64,000 bases of DNA from Fimbriosthenelais zetlandica (lineage: Eukaryota). Below are positions 39,701 to 50,600 of this stretch, piece after piece. Position numbers and translations under genes: made by a program. Each line of letters opens with the position of its first letter. Position 1 is the first letter of the stretch. Under the pieces are notes generated by a model that saw nothing but the letters and a program-made list of their open reading frames with translations, had not been told where the DNA came from and did no database searches. Location of the stretch: the NCBI GenBank assembly GCA_977030845.1, contig OZ365112.1, positions 13,020,001 through 13,084,000 on the forward strand, given 5' to 3'.

Positions 39701-40850
39701 CTTAACAGTAGTCTGGCAAAAATCATTCTTCCCCTTGAAACATCCTGAAAAAGCAACAGGTTAATTTTGTTAATTTTTTCGATCTAGACCTAGGCCTATT
39801 CATTGTCCTAACGTTACTTGCCATTTCCGTTGATATACATCCATTGAAATCACCATGCACCATTCACATTCCAACAAAAGCATCAATCATCCTGAAAAGA
39901 ATTACACATGTAAATTAATTTCGCTAAAAGATTTCAAAGTAGCCTATCTGATGCCCTAAGTACTTGCCATTTCCATGCAGCCAGTCTTCACATTCCAAGT
40001 GACAAAAGCATTAATCAGCCTGAAAAAAATTGAACATGTTAATTCATTTTGCTAATAGATTTCGAAATACTCTTTGTCTTACTTGTCGATTTGATTGATA
40101 AATCCATGGCACATCTCATTCTTCCCATTCCAACAGTCACGAGCAACAACTAACTCTTCATATTCCAACAAAAACATCATCCTGAAAAGAATTATATGTG
40201 TTAATTAATTTTGTCAATAAACTTCAAGATGTCCGTTTCCCTAAGTACTTGCCGTTCTCATTGATATAAATCCATTCAAAGTTACTGGTCTGACAATCAC
40301 TCCTCTCATTCCATCAGTCTTGAGCAACACCCTGAAAAAAACCAATGTTAATTAATTCTGCAAATGCATGTAGATTTTGAAGTAGGCCTACTCATTGCCC
40401 TACTTGCCATTTCCTTTGATATAAAATCAATCCATCCAAAGCTTGCAGTATGACCCTCATCACGCTCATTATATTCCAATAGAAGCAACATCCTGAAAAG
40501 ACGTCTTTATTAATTTTGTCAAAAGATTTCAACATTTCTGATGCCCGAAGTACTCGCCATTTCCATTGATATAAACTGAAGGTTAGCAATCTGGCACAAA
40601 CTTTCTTCCCATTCCAACAGGATCAACATCCTGAAAAGAAAATAATAATTAATTTTGCTAATTATTATTTCTAACTAGGCCTATATTTGTTGTACTACTT
40701 GCCATTTCCATCGATATAAATCCATTCACAGTCACCTTCAGCCACTCTTCACATTGCAACAAAAGCATCAATCATCCTGAAAAGAATTAAACATTTTAAT
40801 TATTCTGGCTAATATATTTCGAAATACTTTTTGTCCCACTTGACATTTTC
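36769..40850. repeat. Satellite: ~150-bp monomers in a 7-mer higher-order repeat (~1.06 kb, ~3.8 copies), with decayed tail to ~41300
   Basis: Monomers start with TACTTGCC-like motifs; type-A monomers at 36769, 37835, 38892 and 39961 (periods 1066, 1057, 1069). Confidence 0.95.
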
Positions 40851-41510
40851 ATTCATATATATGGTATTATGTTCATCGTCCAATGTCCATAAAATTATAG
40901 TAATATATAGTGTGAAGAAGATTAAGTTATTATTACCTCATCCTGCCACTAGGTGGAAGGTCAGTGCTACTGCTGATCAACTGGTCATACCTGAGCTAAA
41001 TGACCAGTCTTACTCCTTCCACCGGTTGAAAATTTATCACATTTGGATCGCTCTTCCCATTTCAAAAGTCAGTTATGAGCAACAACCAGTTCTTCACATT
41101 CCAAACAAAGCATCATTCTGTAAAGAATGAAACATGTTAACTGGTCTTTTCATTTGAACAGTGTTAATTAATTTCCTTTAATTAGTTCAAACTAGCATAG
41201 GCTAGGCCTACTCATATTTCCCTACAATCCATTTTCCCTTGACATAAACGCATTCAATATCATCAGAGTCTTCAATACTCTTCTCAATCTCATCTCAACA
41301 GGTGCCGACACCAGTCCAAATCTATGACGAAATTCAAGTGTGAAATAAATGACAGGTCTAGTGTTTTCTGTTGCCACGAGAAATTTAATGACTCTTTTTT
41401 TCCAAGAAGTTATTTATCTATCATGACAGATGAATAAATATCTCTATTCATGTACACCATGCATTCAAGTCACATGAGAATAGTAAAAGTCTCATAATCA
41501 TTAATTTTCC

Positions 41511-41729
41511 ACTATAATACCGGACACACAGAGGCGATTTGTCCAAGCGATTCAGAGCGATAGAATATTTCTAGTCACAGCCAATGCTTGTAATTTTGTC
41601 GGTGGTTAGCCTTAGCTAGGTTTAAATGACTGTTCAAATTACAAGCATTGGTTTTTACTAGAAATATACTATCGCTCTGCATCGCTTGGGCAAATTTATC
41701 GCCTCTGTGTGGGCTATAGGCATTATAGT
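41511..41729. mobile_element. Foldback MITE with ~85-bp imperfect inverted arms
   Basis: ACTATAATACC...ACACAGAGGCGATTTGTCCAAGCGATTCAGAGCGATAG...CCAATGCTTGTAATTTTG is mirrored at 41634-41729. Confidence 0.85.
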
Positions 41730-43977
41730 TCTAAGCATAGGACGGCTTCACTGCACCACCTGGATCTTCCGGTCCAGAATAGACCCATTTTGGAACATTT
41801 AAACAATCACAGATACACAAAAACAATCCTCGTTACTCACAACAACTTTCTCTAACAAACTTTTGTAAGTTTAGCATATGGGGGGCCTTGAGAGCGTATT
41901 TTTCACTTCAAAATCTTTAAGGAATTAGATATATTTCAAGATGGCGTACACACCGCGTGGACTCACTGACACTGGGCAAGTTCATTTCATCAACAAGACT
42001 AATCATTCTGGTTGTACAACGATTTCTTTTGTCTAAAATGATGCATAAATACTTACCTTGTCGTAATTTTCATCATTTGATCCACGGAATTGCGATTTGA
42101 TCTCACTCATACGCTATTTGTTGCGAGCTCGAACTGGACGCATGGAGCCTTCGAATTTGCCACGTCACTACAGGTTACCACGAAGGACATACCCTATGTT
42201 GTCGCCGTGTAGTTCTAAGCGGAGATACCAAAAGTTGTCGCCGTGTAGTTCTAAGCTAAATCATTAGTTTTCCCGTTTGGCCCCTTCTTTATGTTTTATG
42301 GCTGCAATATGCACGTTATTATCCCAATAATGTTACGATAAACTGTAAAAACAAAACTATTTTGATATCCAACATTTTTATTGATTCGTCACATACGAGC
42401 TGTATAGATTAGGCTAGAAATGCTAGAGAAATTCTCACCTATATGTATTGGTTTTTGAAATCAAATCTGAACGGCCTAATGTAGGCTATGCAGAAAATAA
42501 CATAACATAGTATTGGCTAATTTTTTTTTCAATCATGACTAATAACAACGCCCGCCCACAAAGATCCAATTTAAGTTAGGCCTTATATGTGCCCTTAAAA
42601 TCAAATATATAGGCCTATTAGGCTAGGCTACTAAAACACGGACAATGAAGGAAGTTCTGGAGCGTCAAACCCTCATCCATTCCCCCCCCCCCGCCCGGCC
42701 CGCAACCTACCCACCCACCCCCTCCCTCCAACAAAACCCCCCTGAAAAATCTGGTTCCGCCCAGTGAAATATCGGTTACGTATGCCCATCTCTGTGACAT
42801 GCATTTTGGTTTATTTATTTATAGATATAGCCTATCATGAGCTCGGTAAAAAAAGAAGACAATAGTAAAAATGACGAAAATCGACAGCCCATTAGAGATA
42901 ATGAACACGCCATTCAATATTCACAAATCAGCAGATCCCCGCTTAACTCAGCAGTACCGTATATTACAGATTTGTCTCATCAGAAAAGACTTTTTTTGAT
43001 GAATATTCACTTTTTCAGAAATTTACGAACTAGGGCCTACCATACCGAATGCCGAAAACAAAATGCAATACGAAGATTTTCAGACATTTCATAATTTTCA
43101 ATAGGACTAAAATAATATTTATCATACTGTCATAAGGTTATGGCATAGTATCTTATATCCCAGAAAAGGGGGCAAAATCGATGTTATTTTTTTTAATTTA
43201 AAAAATCCTTTTATTATGATATTATAAGTCTTCATGTAGGCACCTAATACTTGTCAAAGGAGATCGACTTTAAGCCGATCAGCTACGAACCTGATGATTG
43301 GCATTACACAATTGACATGACATTTTGTTCTACACGTTTCCATTATTTTCATAGAAAATAATTCAGAGAGTATGCCCTTCTCCACCTCTTTAAATGGAGA
43401 TTAAAACTACGCATCAACATTAACTGATACCAATAATAGGTAAATCCTGAATTCAGAAAAGAATTCTTATTACTATTTTGAAGTCTATTTCTTAAATATA
43501 ATATACAAAGTCATAGGTTCAAAAGTCAGAGATCACAAGCTGCAAGACAAACGCTAAATGCAAAGACATGCATGAGCATTGATTCAAATCAATGCAGCAG
43601 AAAAGGCCTCATGGGAGCAGGTCATAGAACTGTACGGGTATCAATGACACTGACAAAAAAGGGGGAAAATTACTGAGAAAAATTATGCCAGGTATTTAAG
43701 AGATTCTCTGTGATATGCTAAAGCTGTGCTATGTGCGATACATTGGTCCAGTTCGTGTACAAATAGTAAATACAAAATGGGTACAAATAGAAAAATATAT
43801 AATTTGGCATGGCTAGCAGTCTTGTATGACATTGTTAACTTCAAAAATTACATGTACTATAATCCACTGTACATTTTGTATATATTTCTTGATAATCTCA
43901 GTCAATCTCAAAACTAGATAACAATGAATACATGTTATATAATAGACTAATATCAATGATATGGTAGGTATAGGTCA

Positions 43978-44681
43978 TCATAGTGGTGTGTCTCGGATCC
44001 TGACGTTATCTTCTGTTGGGGCAGAGTTTTCTCTGGCGGTGTTGGTCCCACTGCCTTCAGCTTTGGTGCTTCCATCTCCAGCCTCATCACGGTTCTCCAC
44101 CCTGGAGGAGGATGGAGCATTATTATGCTCCAGGGTACGATCATGGCCATCCAGGACATTGTCAAGATAACCCACCACTTGGTCAACACGGTGTAATGTC
44201 GAACTGCCAGCACTTTCTGAAGTGGCAGCATCTGACTGTCTCCGGCTTGAGTCACTGGAGGAGGTTGGGGGCTCTGTGTCTGAACATGCCTGATTATCGA
44301 AACATCCGCTTTCATCGGACTGAAGATCGAGGCCAGGGCGATGCCCAGTACCAGCCCTAGAGCGGTAGGTAGGTGGTCTGGATGTGGGGTAGTCTTCACC
44401 TTGTGGGGGGAAGGTTATATGAAGTCCTGGACGAATGGTGGAGGCACGAGATTTGTAAGATGGAGGTGGGGAGGAGGGTAAACTGTAGTTATCTTCAAGG
44501 GCATAAGACGGTGGGAGGTCAGCAGGGCATATACCTGAATTGTTATTGTCCAGGTTATTGTTATTAGGCTGAGAGTTATTGAGCTGGAGTTGTGCTAGCA
44601 TTAACTGTTGTTGGTATTCCTGCATGGAAGCGTTGTATGAGGGCGGGGGCCTCCGGTAACGGAACTCAGGATAGGACACAC
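43978..44681 (-). CDS. TM/PPxY gene last coding exon (PPPSY, LPPSY, PPPSY, PPTY; poly-Q/N)
   Basis: tctttacag acceptor, ORF 43978-44679, TGA at 43980-43978. Confidence 0.9.
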
Positions 44682-47600
44682 CTGTAAAGACAGAGGGAAA
44701 TTTGAATTAAAACAGTGTTAAATTATCATGATACAAATTTAATAAACCTACCACAATCAGTATCAGTTATCACTGCCATTCAGAGAACCAGAGTTCAACC
44801 TCAGCTTTAAGCAGATTTCACATGCCTCACTCACAAACTGTCATAATTAAATTTTCATTTTGAATAAGCTGCCATAAATAAACTAGAAATTCATGAAACA
44901 TAATTTATTATGAAATTCGGACTGGAGCATCAGTTTCATGTACTTTTTTTTACATGTCTTTTTAGTAGTTTCCTCCATTAATCGCGCCTCTCTCTACCAT
45001 CTCCCTCCCACATCCTCACATCACCCATATCAGACACTAGCCCAGGGCCCTGGCCACGTGCAGCTGTCTGTATAATGACATTTAATGCCACCATTTACTA
45101 GCCACAGATGCTGCCATTATACCTTTTTTAAACAGATAACCTCAAGCATACATGTCAGAACACTAAATGTGTGCAAATAAATCTCAGTTTTTGGACGTTA
45201 CATAAGGGAAAATCACAGAGCTTAACGGGAACTATTTAAGATGAAAAATGCTCTGTTTTATAACGTTTTAAACCTGTGGTTTTGCAGTAGTCTTTGGAAA
45301 CTTGAGTGAGAAGCAAATAAAGCCAGAGCAATGACCGAAATAAAACAGTGTATTGTAATCAATGGATCATAAATGCATACATGAGAGCGGTTTTCTTGTG
45401 TACACGGACATTAAACAGCTATGTGTTGGACCTGCCTCGAACCAACAAAAAAAAATAAAAGGAACAGGTAAAAGGTCGATCACAGGTATGGGGATGATGA
45501 CGGGTGGACATCCCTGGCAGAGATATATGAGGGGTGTCCAAATATGGGAGCAGAAACACAGGTATGACGGTGTTCACTGGGCTCACTGCCATACAATCAG
45601 ATCCCTATGAGAGACGAGGGAGTGATGGAAATAGAGTGGGAAACAATGAATCTAATAGAGGCATCTGATCAAGGTCTATTCTCAAACGGTTGGCCATCCC
45701 TTCAGCAGCTCTGACATTGGGAATATTAGAACTATGAACCGACACCAAGGAATATCTATGACGGCAAATGTGGACACCTTTATATACCCTTGAACAGCCC
45801 TAATCAATATTCTATATTCTACCACCCATATCACTCATTGATAGCCTACTACCCTATGTGCACAACCGCACCAGGAAACTAGCTGTGGCCATCTTTACCA
45901 AGCCTCCTGGAAGTGTGCCGCCACCTGGTCCGTGTTAACACTTTTTGTGGTCCACGGGCGGCTTGGTCAAATCACCTGTGGGTGGCTTGGTCAAACCACC
46001 TGTGCCGTGAGTGGCTTGGACAAACCACCCGTGGGTGGCTTCGACAAACCACCTTTGGATGGCTTAGACAAACCACTTGTGGATGGCTTGGTCAAACCAC
46101 CTGGAAGTGTGCCGCTACCTGGCCCATGTTAACACTTTTTGTGGTCCATGGGCGGCTTGGTCAAATCACCTGTGGGTGGCTTGACAAACCACCTGTGGGT
46201 GGCTAGGTCAAACCACCTGCGGACAAGGATTTCAAGCCAACTGTGGCTGATTTTAAACGGCGTTCTGCGACCAGCTAAAATTAGGCTTTTTTTTTTTTAA
46301 TTAATTAGGTGTTATATAAGCGGAATAATAATCCGATTTAGGGAATAAACAACAGTGGTTTATAAGCAATATTTTTATTGAATAATAACATAACACAATG
46401 CAATACATTATATTCACCTTTGATGTTAACCATAACCAAATGTTAGCCAAATACATGATATAAACTAATTCCATCTATCGTATCAATTTAAATTATTTCC
46501 AATGACAATATTGATACCTTGGTCTAAGTACATTTGTAATTACAAATTTCTGAGAAAAAAAATGTGTCATTGCCCATAGCCACCCTCCCTAACCTAATGT
46601 AATGAGTGTAATTTTTCACTGCTCTGTACCAAGCTCGTGGTAAATATGGTACTCATCAAACATACTCTTCATCAATACATGTATATTAAATAATTTACCG
46701 ATTTTTATACAGCACAGTCACCTATTATAGTTCAGAGCGCTTTGCAGTCATTATTACCCTTCGTCATTTCCACTCCTACTCTATGTATATAGTTAACATT
46801 TCTCACCTGCCTTATTAAAGAAGTATCATACGAAAATATACTTCTAGGTTTAGTTTAATATTTACGTTTAATTTAACATACCCTTAATCAAAACATTAAC
46901 TAAGTATATTTAGAAAAATATATAGCCTATCTAGCTTTAATCTAATACATAAGTTTAGCTTTAATCCAATAATTAAGTTTAACTTAATATTCTTGAACCG
47001 GTCACAGAACTTGAGGTACTCTTGTCTCTGCAGCTTTTTCTGTGGCCCTCTTTTTCCTGCTATATAGAACATGCATTGGCACCCAGCAAACGTTTACAGC
47101 AAAGATTTTGTGTTTTTACCCTTTGGCCAGCAACTATAATCTATATTACAATAACTTCTATATGACAAAGTAGTGCTGTACAAATCTGCTATATATATGG
47201 TGATATAATATTATTGCCGATTTCAAAGACATATACAATGTAATCAAAACTCAAGGGTACAAAACAAATGGCGAACTTTATGTTTCCAAACTAACACGAA
47301 CTATATGTCACAAAGCTTATTTAGATATAAGGATACACAATTTCTGTAACCAAAATTGTGCAACAATAACTGGGAAATACTTCTTTTTTAGATGGAACTT
47401 ACAAAATTTCGTCACGCATTTTATGTCTAATATTCCCATTTATGATTTATTAATTTTATCCTCGAGATGCAAGCTTCCATGTGAAACTGAATGGAACATA
47501 GTATTATATATTACATTAGTTTCAAAAATAAGACTAGTGATTTTATTAAATATTCAAATTATATTATTGAGAGGGTCATTATATCCCTGTTTATTTAATC

Positions 47601-50600
47601 TACAGGGCAGTAGTTAGTTATACATTTTCCTCAGCACTTCCATTTCATAATTTACACCTTGCCCACCATATAATTTATCTCATGTCAAAGTCACAAACTA
47701 TGTAAAATACAACTCACATTAATACAAATAATTCATGAAAATCCGCAAATACCTATTTAAATCGTTCACATTACAAAAATATCAATATCCAGAGGAGTGC
47801 AGACCTTTTTGGCAAGGTCCCATCCCAAGGTTTGGGCATCTCCCAGCAGCCTTGTGATTTGCCCTTCTCGCCCATGTTGCTCGTCATTAGATCCATCTCT
47901 ATCGAACCTTGTTTAACTGTTTGATAGTAGTCTCTGATCTATGGATGACTCTCTAGGCATTGTCTAATCGCATCTGAAAAAACAAATATAAGGACTTTTC
48001 AGTGACAATAATACTTTTTAAAAATCCACAAATAATACCAAAAAAAGGGATTGAAATATAGAGGCGGGAAAGCTACCTTGTTTCAATTGTGTTGAATGAT
48101 TTTGCTGCCAATGGATGAAGTGCTGGTGACAAGCAAAGCAGCCCTGTCATTCAAGCGAATCTGGAAATGGCAAGGAAATAAAATGATTAGCACAATGTAC
48201 CTTAAAAGTATATCTGAAAAGTGGGTTATTTTCATCTTTCATTAGTAAGTAGAGCATTTTTGCAAAAATTAATAATCTACCCTTTAGAACAAATATATTA
48301 TTTACAAGTACATGAGGAGTCAATATAATACGACCTGCTGGTCTACTTTAATAAATACCACTTATAAAATACCATCTGGTCAGTTTTAACTGCTTCTTGT
48401 ATACTGGCAGTAGGCGGTCAAGATAAGCCTCTGATATAGTTATCATGTCTTACACAATCATGCCCGGTCAACGGTTGACAAGTCGGGCCCAATAAAATGC
48501 ATAGAGCAACAATGGGAGTTGGGTATAGGTATAAAGTACTAAAATGTATGGAATGCTGGGCGGTTAGAGTTATTTTGTCCCTCTAACTTGTATGGGTTAT
48601 TTTTGGTCAAAATTTAGACCATGGGCCAGATCATACATCCCCGTACAGCCCACCCCCTATAACCACCACCACATGTCCAAATGACCAAACACGTGGTGCT
48701 AGGCTTATATCAGATACAATATAATGGTGTGTACACAATAGTCCGTGTATAGTGCTATCACTGTATATATATCGCTAACTCAATATTATTTCATTCTTTT
48801 GCATAGTTCTTAATTTCTCCTATTCATTTCAAATTTAGTTGCACCTAGCATGCATATTACAATATTCTATTTTCTGTCAATACATATATCGTCATCCCTT
48901 TAGTAGAACTAGAAGCTTTAAAACTTCTACCCACGTGCTAGCTAGTGTGTGTGAGACGGGGCGGGGAGGGGTGTCTCCCGTCAGAGAGACTACACTCTGT
49001 GCCCGAGGAGTAAAATCAGAGTGAGGGTACAAGTGGGTATGTATGCGTGGGGAATATGAGAGCCAGCCAGTGGTGGGGGGAATTAAACCATAGTCCGGTA
49101 TATAGTCCTATTATCCCCATGCAGGCCCTAACATTTCTGTATGTAAAATGCATACTGAGCTCTAAGAAGCTAAGATGTTTAAATAGCAACTATATTGATA
49201 TGATCTATCCATAATCTTCTCACACTTCATAAATGTCTTAGGAATGATAAGGATTGTGAACTCTATCAGCCATTCCGATCTGTCTACAACATTCCTCATA
49301 CTAAACTCTCCAAGTTGCATGTCCAAGCGCCACGTGAGTTGGAGTGCTTGTAAGATTGCAAACTAATAGCTAAAATAAAAAACCTAGAAAATAGGGCTCT
49401 AAAACTAAAACAAAGTTCCATATCGGGACTGTCAGTTTCTGGGTTCAGTAGTCAAATATTTTCAATAAAATGAATAATACTTAGCTTTATGTACGGTCAC
49501 AGCAGAAGAGGAGACCGTCCCCCCTTCCATTCACAGAGACGTCAGTTTTGAAAAGAACTTTTGAATGTGCGCCACGTGACTAAAATCACGTGACCAATCT
49601 GTGCAACTTCCTGTTGCTGGAGAGAGGACTCTGAGCCGACTGGAGACGGCTGGGCAGACACGCCCAAGGCTTCATATGTCTCTCATGCGCCATCTAACAT
49701 ATTGGAAGCTGAATAGTATATCATTCCATGATGTTATCACTATTTGCATTTGTCACCTGAAATATAAAAATAATTACAATAGGTATACTATGATCATGAG
49801 ACCAGTATGAAAAATTTGTTTCAATAAGGAAATTTTGAGTTGCAGAATAATACTAAAGTTTTATTGGTATAATCAAAGTAGGCCCAATAATTCTTCTAGT
49901 AAATAGGCCTAATAGTACTGATTATAATACGGGAAGTACATTAAATCCATGCCTATGTGTATACCGCATTCAGTATACAAAAATGGGGAACAATGGTGAG
50001 AAAAGGGTAGAAAATTAATTTAACACCTTTACATACCTTATGATTGGTAAGATGTGTTCGAGATGAATGATTTCGATGACTTGATGTAGATGCTCAGGGT
50101 CCAATTTTACTTATTAATTTGTTATTACATGTTTCCCTCCTTCTGTTGGGGGCGGCAAGCATCCCGTGGGTCTGCTTCACATAGACGCTGACGTGATGGG
50201 AGATTATGTGGGGATGGCAAGCCTCCCTTGGGTCTGCTTCGCATAGACACCTATGGGACAGGGCCATGTGTGGGGATGGCAAGCCTCCCTTGGGTCTGCT
50301 TCACATAGACACCTATGGGACAGGGCCATGTGTGGGGATGGCAAGCCTCCCGTGGATCTGCTTCACATAGACATCTATGGGACAGGGCCATGTGTGGGGA
50401 TGGCAAGCCTCCCTTGGGTCTGCTTCACATAGACACCTATGGGACAGGGCCATGTGTGGGGATGGCAAGCCTCCCGTGGGTCTGCTTCACATAGACATCT
50501 ATGGGACAGGGCCATGTGTGGGGATGGCAAGCCTCCCTTGGGTCTGCTTCACATAGACATCTATGGGACAGGGCCATGTGTGGGGATGGCAAGCCTCCCG

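Noticed and set aside
36769-40850. CRISPR-like appearance (conserved motif plus variable segments)
   Set aside because: The variable parts recur every 7 units rather than being unique spacers; the context is eukaryotic and no cas genes are present.
36900-41130. Repeated ~65-100 aa ORFs (MGRMICARLLTF..., etc.)
   Set aside because: By-products of the satellite; frames are not preserved between copies.
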